IMG/VR virus record: IMGVR_UViG_3300027969_000041
Length of the DNA stretch: 64,000 nt
Direction: 5' to 3' (one strand)
Origin: a virus
Taxonomy: Duplodnaviria > Caudoviricetes
Made by a program: the position numbers and the translations under genes. How positions within the stretch are numbered: the first letter of the stretch is position 1; every line of letters starts with the position of its first letter. The notes under the pieces were generated by a model. It was not told the DNA's origin. It saw only the letters and a list, made by a program, of their open reading frames with translations, and did not search any database. Shown here in pieces: positions 18,584 to 28,759 of the stretch.

Positions 18584-20194
18584 TTATATATAAGTGAATA
18601 TGCTAGTTCCAGTTCCTGATCCTGCGGCATTGTATACTACAACATTTACTGTGCCTGAGCTTGCGGCAGCAGTTGTTCCTTGAATACTTGTGATATTAAG
18701 TACAGCAAAACCTGTTACAGGTACACCGCCAATTTGTGCCGCAGTAGCACCTGTAAAGTTTGAGCCGGAGATAATAACGGTAGTTCCGCCAGTGCGCGGC
18801 CCTGATGATGGACTAATAGTTATTCCGCTAGGTGGTAAACTTGTTGCCGCAACCTGGAATGATAGACTTCCTGTCTTTGTTAATACTCCGCCATCGCTAC
18901 TATCTGTAATAGAATAAGGGATTATAACACTTCCTGATGCAGTTGGCGTTCCTGATACAATTAATGTGTTGCCTGCATTGATAGATATTCCACTAACTGA
19001 TTGATATCCGCTGACATTCCAACTGTAAGGAGAAGTTCCGCCGGATACTGTAATAGTTTGATTGTATGATGATCCAACTACTCCGTCAGGCAATGATGTA
19101 GGATTAATTGACAATACGCTAGTATTCCCTGTTCCGCTAGATAGAACGTTTAATGTATACGATGAAGTTGAGCTATGCCCTGCTGTATCTGTTGCAGTAA
19201 TAGTAAACGGTAAGGTTCCGACAGTTGACGGATTATAGCTTAAGAATCCAGTTGAGCTATTTAAGCTAGAACCTATACCAGAAGATGACCAAGAGTATAC
19301 ACCGTTACCACCACTCGCAGAAAATTGCAGGGTATATACTACTCCGACAACAGCATTGCCGATAGTAGAAGGGCTAATAGTAATAGAGTTTCCTCCAACT
19401 GTGCCTGTGCCAGTTGGAGAAATTGTTAATTTTAAGATTTGTTGAAGATTAAAACTAAATGCATAGTATCCTTCTCCTCTTTCAGGATCATCATTTTGTC
19501 GGAATTCGGATGTATAAAACCCGTCCTTTATTGTTAACGGAGTATAAGAATGAGTAAGATTTCTACCAGACCATGCTTTTTCAACTACTCTAGCTCTAGG
19601 CCAATTAGTTATTACTTCAGATTTTACAGGAGACATTGTAACCGTTGCACCAATGTCTCCGTGATAACCTTGATATTTTACTTTATACAATGCATTAACA
19701 CCATCTGCCGCAACGGAGACTCCTTCGTTGGTACTGGCGTTAGTTACTCCAACTCCAGTTGGAGTAGCAGCAGAATAATCTACAACTAACCAACCGTCAA
19801 TCAATGAGCCGACTGTAATAACAGTTGTATCAAATGCTGGCAAGGTATAGCTAGTCGAAGTGTTTACATATACAGAACTTGTACTTCCGTATTCGCCAAT
19901 TTTAACAGCGATTTCTTGACCTGGTGTTACATTTGGAATACCAAAAGTATTCATTCCAGCAGGAGTGGGATATGTTAATTGTAGATTATAAACACCGTCT
20001 GGTACCGTATAGGTAAAATCTCCAGCGTAGTTATATTCTTGATCTAAATTTGAACCAGCACTTTGTGTAAGATGCCATTGACCGTTATGATGCACGTATG
20101 CATTTTTGACCAAATGCCATTGGCCAGCTTGGTGGGCATAGGTATTTTTAGTTAGGTGCCATTGGCCAGCTTGGTGAACATATGAGTTTTGCAT
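18584..20194 (-). CDS. Tail/adhesion protein with putative Ig-like domains and C-terminal IPT/TIG domain
   Basis: Two G.VG..Y...SASGG..PY.W modules; ISPSSGPRTGGTTVIISGSNF; ATG start at 20194 with TAATG overlap. Confidence 0.8.
   Translation of the reverse strand: MQNSYVHQAGQWHLTKNTYAHQAGQWHLVKNAYVHHNGQWHLTQSAGSNLDQEYNYAGDFTYTVPDGVYNLQLTYPTPAGMNTFGIPNVTPGQEIAVKIGEYGSTSSVYVNTSTSYTLPAFDTTVITVGSLIDGWLVVDYSAATPTGVGVTNASTNEGVSVAADGVNALYKVKYQGYHGDIGATVTMSPVKSEVITNWPRARVVEKAWSGRNLTHSYTPLTIKDGFYTSEFRQNDDPERGEGYYAFSFNLQQILKLTISPTGTGTVGGNSITISPSTIGNAVVGVVYTLQFSASGGNGVYSWSSSGIGSSLNSSTGFLSYNPSTVGTLPFTITATDTAGHSSTSSYTLNVLSSGTGNTSVLSINPTSLPDGVVGSSYNQTITVSGGTSPYSWNVSGYQSVSGISINAGNTLIVSGTPTASGSVIIPYSITDSSDGGVLTKTGSLSFQVAATSLPPSGITISPSSGPRTGGTTVIISGSNFTGATAAQIGGVPVTGFAVLNITSIQGTTAAASSGTVNVVVYNAAGSGTGTSIFTYI
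20115..20176. repeat. 20-bp perfect direct repeat with 42-bp period encoding HQAGQWH units
   Basis: TGCCATTGGCCAGCTTGGTG at 20115-20134 and 20157-20176; a third degenerate unit encodes HHNGQWH. Confidence 0.9.
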
Positions 20195-21609
20195 TAGATA
20201 ATTTGATACCAAATGTCGCCATCAACACCACCTGTCGGTGCGCTGTATGAAACTGTTCTTGCTCCAAATCCGTTTGTACCTAAAACCATTGAGGATGCAG
20301 TGGTAGCATAGACTGCATTAACAGCATAGGTTGCAGTAGTAGCATAACTTGCAGTTGTGGCACGAGCAACAAACGTTGTACTGCTATTGACAAAATTATA
20401 AACAAATTCTGCTGTGGCAACCACTGTAGAAGTTGTACCAACTGGTTGTGTAGTTGCAGTGCTTGAACCTAGAGCACGTGGGTTACCGGAGTTGTCACCA
20501 CTGATCTGTATTTTATTAATTAGTCCGGCATCTGCATCTGCAAAGATAATAAATGCAGTACTAGTATTTGCATAAACTTGACCTTTAAGTTCTCGGGTAG
20601 AAGATGTTGTAGCTGTTGGTAATGTACTTGTAAGATTAAGAGCTAGATTTTGTCCTGTGAATGTTGGATTAACAAAAGTAATTTGATCACCAAGTGTCAT
20701 AGAACTATAAGGCAATGCTGCTGTAGGGGTAACATAGTTAGTTACTGTGTTCAATGCTCCTACTACATATTTTGTAGATGTAGAACCTATGTAAATTAAT
20801 GCACCGTTAGAAATCCCAGTAGTTGAATTAACTTTGAATGCATAAGAACCAAAGTCTGGACTTTGATTATATGTCTTAACAACTACGTTAGGAACTAACG
20901 CAATTGACCCTAATTGTCCGTTTGATGATACTATAGTTTCTGCAGTTGTACTTGTGCTATAAGTATTAGCACCTATCTTATTCCAATTAGTTGATGTCGA
21001 TGCATTGTATCCGACTTGTTTAACAAAGTATCGTGGATCTCTGTTTGAAACGGATTCTTCACTCCATAGTTCAAACATATTGGTACCTGGATACAGGTTA
21101 TATATCACACTAGAACCAGTTGACGTAGAGTCTAATGATCTAAACTTGTCATTGGAAAAATTAATACTAGTATCAATAACATCATCGGGCGTTACAACTA
21201 ACGTTAATCTTCCTGAATTTCCGGATGATGCTCCCGGCCAGTTAATTACATTTAGATTATGTAAGCCGGCAGTAATAGACATTGCCTGATATCCACCTGC
21301 GGCATAGTCAATGATGATATCTTCTGTTTGTAGTGGCAATTCGACTAAGGTAACAGAGCTGTTTTCTAAGTTTACATCTTTAATCGTGTTACCATAAAAG
21401 GATGTAGTTTCGTTGGTCTTAATTGCATTAATATTAAGATCTTTAACTCCTTCATTTACTGCTTTAATTGCTCCGTGAATATTTGCCCATTGATCTCTAA
21501 AGCCCTGTGAATCATTGTCTACACCGGGTATAGGGAATGTGCTTAGATCATTGATCTTAGCCAAATAATTTGTAGCTGAACTAATAGCTGTTGTTGCGTT
21601 GGTTGTCAC
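20194..21609 (-). CDS. Tail structural protein
   Basis: 471 aa, Thr/Ser-rich, between tail fibre genes. Confidence 0.7.
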   Translation of the reverse strand: MTTNATTAISSATNYLAKINDLSTFPIPGVDNDSQGFRDQWANIHGAIKAVNEGVKDLNINAIKTNETTSFYGNTIKDVNLENSSVTLVELPLQTEDIIIDYAAGGYQAMSITAGLHNLNVINWPGASSGNSGRLTLVVTPDDVIDTSINFSNDKFRSLDSTSTGSSVIYNLYPGTNMFELWSEESVSNRDPRYFVKQVGYNASTSTNWNKIGANTYSTSTTAETIVSSNGQLGSIALVPNVVVKTYNQSPDFGSYAFKVNSTTGISNGALIYIGSTSTKYVVGALNTVTNYVTPTAALPYSSMTLGDQITFVNPTFTGQNLALNLTSTLPTATTSSTRELKGQVYANTSTAFIIFADADAGLINKIQISGDNSGNPRALGSSTATTQPVGTTSTVVATAEFVYNFVNSSTTFVARATTASYATTATYAVNAVYATTASSMVLGTNGFGARTVSYSAPTGGVDGDIWYQII

Positions 21610-21649
21610 TGTATAACTCCGTTCTCCCTAATATTTAACCTGGTAAACA

Positions 21650-24487
21650 TTAAGGTAATTTTTTCTTAATTTCGTCTATTTCTGTTTTAAGCTCTTTAAT
21701 TGCTTCAATTACTAGACCGATAATGTTACCGTAGGCAACAGAATATAATCCGTTTTCGTTTAATCTCACAGCTTCAGGTAGAACAGATAATAATTCCTGC
21801 GCAATAACACCTGTACTGTCCACGCCGTCGTCGATACGAGTAAACAATACACCTCGTAATTTTAGAAGTTTATCTAGGGCATTTTCAATAGTTCTAATGT
21901 TAGTCTTTGTTCGTTCGTCTGATGTTATAGTAACGTCTACAAACTGTGGTGAACCGCCCGTTGTCAAGTTTTGTGTCATTGACAGGCTAAGAGTACTACC
22001 AGAAAAACTGCCCTGAACACCGTTATTACCGCTAACAGTTATGCTAGCAATACCGCCCGGACCTGATGGACCGCTTGGACCACTTACATTACTAGGTTGA
22101 TTACTGGCTGCATTACTTGCAGGACCTGATGGACCGCTCGGCCCTTGACTTCCTTGATTCCCTTGGTTACCTTGATTCCCTTGGTTACCTTGATTTCCTT
22201 GAGGACCTGATGGTCCACTTGGACCTTGATTTCCTTGAGGACCTGATGGTCCACTTGGACCTTGACTGCCTGGATTACCTTGATTACCTGGATTACCTTG
22301 ATTACCTGGATTACCGGCTGCATTACTTCCAGGCCCTGATGGTCCTTGTGCGCCACTCGGACCTTGAGGTCCACTTGGTCCTGATGTATTGCTACCTGGA
22401 CCACTTGGACCTTGACTTCCTTGGTTGCCGTTTGGACCACTTGGACCACTTGGTCCTTGTGCTCCTGCACCCGAAGGTCCGCTCGGACCAGATACAGTAC
22501 TTGGAGTGTTATTTGTAGGTCCTGATGGTCCTGATGGACCACTTGGACCAGCTGCATTACTTCCAGGACCCTGTGGTCCACTCGGTCCTTGTGGACCCGA
22601 TGGTCCAGATACAGTACTTGGAGTGTTATTTGTAGGTCCTTGTGGACCCGATGGTCCACTTGGACCTTGAGGTCCTTGTGCGCCACTTGGTCCTTGCGGA
22701 CCACTTATTGCACTGGCTGCTCCGCTCGGTCCTTGTGGACCTTGAGGTCCTTGTGCGCCACTTGGTCCTTGCGGGCCCGACACAGTACTTCCTGCACCGC
22801 TTGGTCCTTGTGGACCTTGAGGTCCTTGTGAGCCAGTAGGTCCTTGTGGGCCTTGTACACCCTGCGGACCCATAACAGTTCCGAGGTCAATCCATGAAAC
22901 TCCGTTCCAATACCATATATGATTATTAGTTGTTAATTGATAAGCATCACCTACTTGTGCTCCGGCCGCATAGCCAGCTAATTCTGATGTATTACCAATT
23001 GTACCTCTAACAATAACAAACTGTCCAATAGGTCCTTGCGGTCCCTGAGGTCCTTGCGGGCCACTTGGTCCTTGATTACCTATTGGTCCCTGAGGTCCTT
23101 GCGGTCCCTGAGGTCCTTGCGGTCCACTTGGCCCTGACATATTACTGTCAACACCCGCAGTACCTTGATTTCCTCGCGGTCCACTTGGTCCTTGCGGGCC
23201 ACTTGGCCCTTGTGGTCCCTGTGGGCCTTGAGCACCTGACGGGCCACTTGGTCCCTGAACTCCTTGTGGTCCAACAAACGGCCCTACGTCAGTCCAGCCA
23301 CTTCCGTCGTAAACATACAAGTGACCGTTGCTAGATATAATGTATCCATCATTAATTTGCGGGTTAACAATGGAGTTTAGATCAGATACATTGGCTCTAG
23401 TGCCTTTAACTACTAATGCTGCACCTACTGGGCCACTTGGTCCCTGAGGTCCCTGCGGACCTTGTGGTCCTTGTGCTCCTTGATTTCCTTGATTCCCTTG
23501 AGGACCTGATGGACCTGATGGTCCTTGCGGGCCTTGAGGACCTTGTGGCCCACGCGGCCCTGATGGTCCAGATGGACCGCTTGGTCCTTGTGGTCCTGAT
23601 GGACCTGATCCTGTGAATTCTACACCATTTTGATAAAGTTTGCCGCCAAAGTAAATGTCCTTGGCAACACCTAATCCACCTGAAACTACGGCTGCTCCTG
23701 TAGTAGTTGATACAGCATTTGTAGTTGTAGTAACGAGTACTTTAGGAACAGATAATGCACCTGTGCTGGCTAGGTAACTTAAATTACTGTCAACACCCGG
23801 AGTTAGATAAGATCCTGGTCCTGCTGCTAATGTAGGATAATAAACTGTAGTAGTATTGCTAAGATCACTAATTAATACTTTAATTGCTTGACCTGCATTA
23901 TCAGGAACAATAGTAGATGTACTGACCCAAGTAGCAGTAGTTCCATTACTTTGCAATAGATACCCGGTAGGACCTATTCCAATGAATCCTGTAGTATTAG
24001 GTGCTGTTTGATAAGGAATGCTACCTGTAGAACCACCGGCAATGTTTGTGAGTAATGTAGACACAGGTCCTTGAGGACCTTGATTACCGCGTGATCCTTG
24101 AGGGCCACTTGGTCCCTGATTCCCAGGATTTCCCTGATTCCCAGGAACACCGATTGGTCCTTGTGGTCCCTGTACTCCACTTGGTCCACTTGGCCCTTGC
24201 GGCCCCTGAGGTCCTTGCGGTCCACTTGGTCCCGATGGGCCACTTGGTCCCGATGGGCCTTGCGGTCCCTGCGGTCCCTGAGCACCTGATGGTCCTTGAG
24301 GTCCACTCGGGCCTTGTGGTCCTTGAGGACCGGGATCGCCTTGAAGTTGTAATAACTCAGCTGCCTGTTCTGCTGTTAAGTATTGTTCTACAGATGAATC
24401 TGCTACGATAAACTTGGTCTCACCAAGCGTAGGTGTGGTTAAATTAGTGTCTAAAACCTGGGGCAGCGGTGATCTGTTAGTGGTCAT
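21650..24487 (-). CDS. Collagen-like tail fibre with C-terminal peptidase S74 intramolecular chaperone
   Basis: Four Gly-X-Y blocks (GPQ/GPS/GNQ); SDERTKTNI...GVIAQEL...[17 protein letters not shown]. Confidence 0.92.
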   Translation of the reverse strand: MTTNRSPLPQVLDTNLTTPTLGETKFIVADSSVEQYLTAEQAAELLQLQGDPGPQGPQGPSGPQGPSGAQGPQGPQGPSGPSGPSGPSGPQGPQGPQGPSGPSGVQGPQGPIGVPGNQGNPGNQGPSGPQGSRGNQGPQGPVSTLLTNIAGGSTGSIPYQTAPNTTGFIGIGPTGYLLQSNGTTATWVSTSTIVPDNAGQAIKVLISDLSNTTTVYYPTLAAGPGSYLTPGVDSNLSYLASTGALSVPKVLVTTTTNAVSTTTGAAVVSGGLGVAKDIYFGGKLYQNGVEFTGSGPSGPQGPSGPSGPSGPRGPQGPQGPQGPSGPSGPQGNQGNQGAQGPQGPQGPQGPSGPVGAALVVKGTRANVSDLNSIVNPQINDGYIISSNGHLYVYDGSGWTDVGPFVGPQGVQGPSGPSGAQGPQGPQGPSGPQGPSGPRGNQGTAGVDSNMSGPSGPQGPQGPQGPQGPIGNQGPSGPQGPQGPQGPIGQFVIVRGTIGNTSELAGYAAGAQVGDAYQLTTNNHIWYWNGVSWIDLGTVMGPQGVQGPQGPTGSQGPQGPQGPSGAGSTVSGPQGPSGAQGPQGPQGPSGAASAISGPQGPSGAQGPQGPSGPSGPQGPTNNTPSTVSGPSGPQGPSGPQGPGSNAAGPSGPSGPSGPTNNTPSTVSGPSGPSGAGAQGPSGPSGPNGNQGSQGPSGPGSNTSGPSGPQGPSGAQGPSGPGSNAAGNPGNQGNPGNQGNPGSQGPSGPSGPQGNQGPSGPSGPQGNQGNQGNQGNQGNQGSQGPSGPSGPASNAASNQPSNVSGPSGPSGPGGIASITVSGNNGVQGSFSGSTLSLSMTQNLTTGGSPQFVDVTITSDERTKTNIRTIENALDKLLKLRGVLFTRIDDGVDSTGVIAQELLSVLPEAVRLNENGLYSVAYGNIIGLVIEAIKELKTEIDEIKKKLP
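22060..24335. repeat. Collagen-coding 9-bp-period repeat blocks (approximate span)
   Basis: Recurrent GGTCCACTT/GGTCCTTG units; duplicated [10 protein letters not shown] segment near 22490-22520 and 22605-22640. Confidence 0.9.
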
Positions 24488-24548
24488 TTGTTTAGGTACC
24501 TATCATTATATATGCAATAGTATATTTATTAAATCAAAAACTAGGAGA

Positions 24549-24944
24549 TTACCAATTTGTGATATTTGTTGCAGTGTTTCCTAATCTAATCCATGTGTTT
24601 GTTGCCACACAAACATATAGATAATTATTGTTATACGACATTGATCCTGCAATTCCGGTACTAGTTGAGTGAGCTATTGTGGCATTATTTGCAGCAACGA
24701 CCGGACCTGAAGGACCGGACGGTCCACTTACTGTGCTAGTTGGTCCTTGCGGTCCCTGCGGGCCACGAATACCTGTAATACCATCTAATCCTCTAGGACC
24801 TGTTGAACCAGTATCTCCTTTTGCTAAGGTAGTTAGCTGTGACAACGACATTTGTTTGGTTCTATTATCAGCACGATCGATTACGGGAATTAGCACATCA
24901 GTGGCTGTACTGCTTAATTGAGGTAATTTGTTAATAGTGGTCAT
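24549..24944 (-). CDS. Short collagen-motif structural protein
   Basis: GDTGSTGPRG...GPQGPQGP; C-terminal YLYVCVATNTWIR. Confidence 0.8.
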   Translation of the reverse strand: MTTINKLPQLSSTATDVLIPVIDRADNRTKQMSLSQLTTLAKGDTGSTGPRGLDGITGIRGPQGPQGPTSTVSGPSGPSGPVVAANNATIAHSTSTGIAGSMSYNNNYLYVCVATNTWIRLGNTATNITNW

Positions 24945-24947
24945 GTG

Positions 24948-27900
24948 TTATTCTCTAGTTAGCGGGTCAGTTTTATCAGTGGGTAGCTGAGCAAATTGCC
25001 ACCCGTCTGTGCCAAATAGGTACTTATCTGATGCGATACTATCTCCCAGCGACTGACGTTCTAATAATAGATATTTAGCTGTAGAACTATCGGCAGTTTC
25101 TTGTACAATTAATCTATCAACTTCAAAATCTAACTTTTTAAAGTCAAATCCGCTGAGTTTAATACGGCTGATAATTTTATCACCTTGGCCGGGTAACGCA
25201 TAGCATAGCGGTATTGCTCTAATATAATTAGGTACGTTATAATCTCCAGCTTGAGGAGTACGCATAAATTTTGGATAGTTATATTCATTAACAGAGATTG
25301 CTTCACCGTTTTGTAACTGTATTGATTTGAGCTGTTTTCTCATGTTTTCTAAACTACTAGGATAGTACACATCACTGTTATTTTCTACAAATTCACTGAC
25401 ACTAACTCCCAAATTATTAACTAGGTCGTCTGCAATATCTACATATATTACTTCGTAGATAACTGATCCTGCTCTATCCGCAGCAATGGCTTTTTTAATA
25501 TCACCAAAATACAATTTCTTTCTATAGAAATTTTCCCGTAACGCAGGCATGTAATCATCTAAATTGATACGCTCTATTCCAAATTCTAACATTACTTTAA
25601 TGTCATGTTGTACACCAAAGTTAGGATCAAAGTATCTATAGATCAATTTAGGGTCAAATGTAAAAGAATTAGCAATAAAATCCCTATATTCATCTCGTTT
25701 TTGCTGTGTAAAGAATGGTTTAGCGTAGATTTTAGTAAATGTATTATCTGTATAGGTAACTGTACCTATAGCAACAGAACTTGTTGATGTAATTAAGGTA
25801 ACAGTTTGTGTACCTGTGTAAGTATATGTAATAAGAATAGCGCCTCTTCCTCCTATTCCTGCATAGTGCGCTCCTTGCCCTATGCCACCAGCACCACCGC
25901 CACCGCCAAATAACGCACCATTTATGTCATTATTTGTAGATGTCGTTGTGTAAAATGCATTTCTACCACCATACCCACCTACTCCGGCAGCAGAACCTAA
26001 TACACTTGCACTACCACCATACCCGCCTAACCCATATACACTGTCACCGTTATTACCTTTACCAGTTCTACCGCCCGATCCACCACCTCCAACGCCACCA
26101 CCGTTATATACTTCGGGGTTACTAATGCCGCCTTCACCACCTACTGCAAATTCAACTGAGGTATAATTTGTCAATGTACTAGTTCCGGTAAATCCATTAC
26201 CGCCTACTGTTCCTTCACCGGCCGATGCGCCAATAATAAATGGTCCAAAGAATGTATTACCACCGAATAAAGTTATACTTCTGTCAGTCCATCCTACTGA
26301 ATATGTAATACTAGTCCCCGAAGTTAATTGTACATTATTAATTTTAGTATAACCGCCACCGCCGCCGCCGAAGTGTCCTCGATTTACTAATCCGTTTGCG
26401 CCCGGTCCCCAAACTTCGATGGTATTATTGCGAGTGAAATCTGCAGGTACTACCCAAGTTGTGCCAGTTGTTAGCAACACAACTTTTGTAGAAGTGCCAG
26501 TTGAGTGAAAAGTAGATGTTGTAGAATATGTTGTAACAGTTTTATAAATTGTAGTAGAAGATTTTGTAGTTCCTTGTACGCTTAATGTAAACACTTTTTC
26601 TATTGAACTTAATTCGTAAACATCGCTGGCAGAAACTGTAAATGTGTATGTTCCGGTATTTTCAGTGTAGACTACCTGTCCAGATAAACTACCATCTCTT
26701 TCTAATGTTAGACCAGTGGGCAATGTTCCGCTAATTAAGGAATATTTTATACTATAATCCGTGTTTAATTGTTGAGCTACAACTGCTAGATCGCTGGTTA
26801 TACCTAATTCTATACTACCTAAACTACTAGTAGACACCCATTCGATGGTACTCTCTACCTCTCCCTTTACCGCTAGTGTAAACGTGTTTACAGCAGTAGT
26901 GGTAGTTGTTAAATTATATGGAGTTAAAGTTCCCGGATTATTGGGGTTAAATTTAATTGTTCCTGTTTTACTGGCTTGTACTGTTATTGAATAGTTACGA
27001 GTATAAGCTGGCTGGTAAGGAATGTATCCATAGATGTACCCTTTCTCTGAGTCGAACATTAATCCTTCTGGTAATCTAGATACAATCGACCCACCTTGTA
27101 TAATACTGTAAGTAATTGTTCCTACATACGGAGCAGGATCATAAATTGTTACCGGTAATTGATGATTGTTTCCTGCCCTAATAACTCCTAGGTCTGTGCC
27201 ATTTAACCACTGCATAGATTGTAGGCTGAATCTAGCATTAGTAGGAACTGTGACTCCGGCACTGGTCATTGATGTTACTGTGTTGTACAAAATTTCTGTA
27301 CTCGATACCATGATCTTAAAAGTGCGTTCTGTATTAGTAACTCCGTCGGTGGCAATAACTCTAAATCTATATATTTTAGGAATACCGGGAGTAGTTGCCC
27401 CTGATACAATAAGAGGAGAAACTACATCGTGATCATAGGTATAACTATCGTAGCTTTCGTCGTCGTAACCACCAGTAGAAGAAATCTGACTGTTATATGT
27501 TAATGTATCTTTGATAAAGCCTGTAATTCTACCAGACCTATCCATGGTTAAACCTGGCGGTAATTTTCCTGCTTTTGAAGGAATGTAGTATATTATTGTA
27601 CTGCCTGCTGGAGCTTCAACTGGAGTGGCCAATAACTGAAAATCAACCCATTGATCGTTTAAAGCATATTGCTCACTATTCACGCCAACTGTTAAGAATC
27701 CTGCAGGTGTTGCCCACGCAGGATTATCTCTTCCACTTACATCAACTGTAAAAGTTCGATCTGCTACGCCTAGGATATTGGTTGCTCTAACTACAAATTT
27801 ATTAGTGGTAGTGTTTAGAACAGCAGTAGGCGCTCCGTAAATCGTACCAGTAGATGATATTGATAATCCACTGGGTAAACTGCCAGTTAACAGCTTGTAG

Positions 27901-28004
27901 GATATGTTTGTGCCAGATGCTACTACTCTAGTGGTCGTAGAAACCAGTTCTGTAGCAGTGAATAAGAACCCTGAGGGGGTTATCCAAGATGGAATAGAAG
28001 TCAT
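24948..28004 (-). CDS. Large baseplate-wedge-like structural protein with Ig-like and glycine-rich domains
   Basis: Repeated GxLPxGLxLxxxGxIxG Ig-like motifs; GGGGG-rich insert; TAAATA core at 28032-28037. Confidence 0.72.
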   Translation of the reverse strand: MTSIPSWITPSGFLFTATELVSTTTRVVASGTNISYKLLTGSLPSGLSISSTGTIYGAPTAVLNTTTNKFVVRATNILGVADRTFTVDVSGRDNPAWATPAGFLTVGVNSEQYALNDQWVDFQLLATPVEAPAGSTIIYYIPSKAGKLPPGLTMDRSGRITGFIKDTLTYNSQISSTGGYDDESYDSYTYDHDVVSPLIVSGATTPGIPKIYRFRVIATDGVTNTERTFKIMVSSTEILYNTVTSMTSAGVTVPTNARFSLQSMQWLNGTDLGVIRAGNNHQLPVTIYDPAPYVGTITYSIIQGGSIVSRLPEGLMFDSEKGYIYGYIPYQPAYTRNYSITVQASKTGTIKFNPNNPGTLTPYNLTTTTTAVNTFTLAVKGEVESTIEWVSTSSLGSIELGITSDLAVVAQQLNTDYSIKYSLISGTLPTGLTLERDGSLSGQVVYTENTGTYTFTVSASDVYELSSIEKVFTLSVQGTTKSSTTIYKTVTTYSTTSTFHSTGTSTKVVLLTTGTTWVVPADFTRNNTIEVWGPGANGLVNRGHFGGGGGGYTKINNVQLTSGTSITYSVGWTDRSITLFGGNTFFGPFIIGASAGEGTVGGNGFTGTSTLTNYTSVEFAVGGEGGISNPEVYNGGGVGGGGSGGRTGKGNNGDSVYGLGGYGGSASVLGSAAGVGGYGGRNAFYTTTSTNNDINGALFGGGGGAGGIGQGAHYAGIGGRGAILITYTYTGTQTVTLITSTSSVAIGTVTYTDNTFTKIYAKPFFTQQKRDEYRDFIANSFTFDPKLIYRYFDPNFGVQHDIKVMLEFGIERINLDDYMPALRENFYRKKLYFGDIKKAIAADRAGSVIYEVIYVDIADDLVNNLGVSVSEFVENNSDVYYPSSLENMRKQLKSIQLQNGEAISVNEYNYPKFMRTPQAGDYNVPNYIRAIPLCYALPGQGDKIISRIKLSGFDFKKLDFEVDRLIVQETADSSTAKYLLLERQSLGDSIASDKYLFGTDGWQFAQLPTDKTDPLTRE

Positions 28005-28057
28005 GAGCTTTAGGTTTACCTTGTATAGAGGTATTTACCTAAATTAGCTCTGATAAA

Positions 28058-28366
28058 TTAGTGCAGAGTTCTGTTCTCTAATTGATGTACATCTTCAATT
28101 CCGAACATTTCTAGTATTAGTTGAACTTCTTCGGGCGGTTGTTCCATGAGATTTTCTGGAATCATTAGGCTTTTTAAGCTCCCATCTGAACTGATTATGA
28201 ATCCAAAATCTCCAGGTTTTAGATCCTCATCTTCATCAATTTCGACAACTTGGCCAGCGGTTGTTATAGGTTGGGTAGGAATGGGTTTTTCCTTGCTGAG
28301 TTTAGACAGAACGCCTATTGCACGTTGAATTATCAACTGCGTTAATTCAGAGAATATTTTTTTCAC
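28058..28366 (-). CDS. Hypothetical protein
   Basis: GTG start just downstream of TATAAATA (28371-28378). Confidence 0.65.
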   Translation of the reverse strand: MKKIFSELTQLIIQRAIGVLSKLSKEKPIPTQPITTAGQVVEIDEDEDLKPGDFGFIISSDGSLKSLMIPENLMEQPPEEVQLILEMFGIEDVHQLENRTLH

Positions 28367-28370
28367 ATGG

Positions 28371-28390
28371 TATTTATAGAGAGTTAAATA
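28371..28390. promoter_or_regulatory. Back-to-back late-type promoter cores
   Basis: TATAAATA on minus (28371-28378) and TAAATA on plus (28385-28390) between divergent genes. Confidence 0.6.
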
Positions 28391-28420
28391 TACATACATT
28401 TTTATAAAGGAATCCTTAAA

Positions 28421-28759
28421 ATGGAAATCATTATTGCTCTCGTAATTGCAGCCGGTTTAGTATACTGGTTCTTCTTTCGTACAAAAGACGAAGTTGTTAA
28501 AACAGTTTCACCGATGCCAGTTGGTATCGAAGCTGTAGTAGCTACTCCAGTAGCTGAAGAAGCTAAACCTACAGTTGAATATGTAGAAGCTACGGTTGAA
28601 CTAGCACCTGTTGCAGTTGCAACTAGTGTGACTGTTGAAGCTGCCCCTGCTAAGAAGCCCCGTAAACCACGTGCCCCTAAAGCAGAAGCCACAGCTAAAA
28701 AGCCAGCCGCAAAAAAAGCAGCCCCTGCTGCCAAGAAGACTGTCTCAAAGAAGGCCTAA
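28421..28759 (+). CDS. Membrane-anchored protein with histone-H1-like Ala/Lys/Pro tail
   Basis: ATGGAAATCATT reads on the plus strand at 28421 (ORF track strand is wrong); AAGGA RBS; N-terminal TM; KKPAAKKAAPAAKK tail. Confidence 0.85.
   Translation: MEIIIALVIAAGLVYWFFFRTKDEVVKTVSPMPVGIEAVVATPVAEEAKPTVEYVEATVELAPVAVATSVTVEAAPAKKPRKPRAPKAEATAKKPAAKKAAPAAKKTVSKKA

Noticed and set aside
22060-24335. Regularly spaced repeats that could be mistaken for a CRISPR array or VNTR
   Set aside because: The period is a multiple of 3 inside an open frame and there are no unique spacers; no CRISPR array was seen anywhere in the window
22084-24411. Many 60-206 aa alternative-frame and antisense ORFs over the collagen gene
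   Set aside because: These are by-products of the stop-poor 9-bp periodic Gly-X-Y coding; no RBS or independent signal
28421-28759. ORF track lists this ORF on the minus strand
   Set aside because: The given protein MEIIIAL... is read directly from the plus strand (ATGGAAATCATT at 28421); reported as plus
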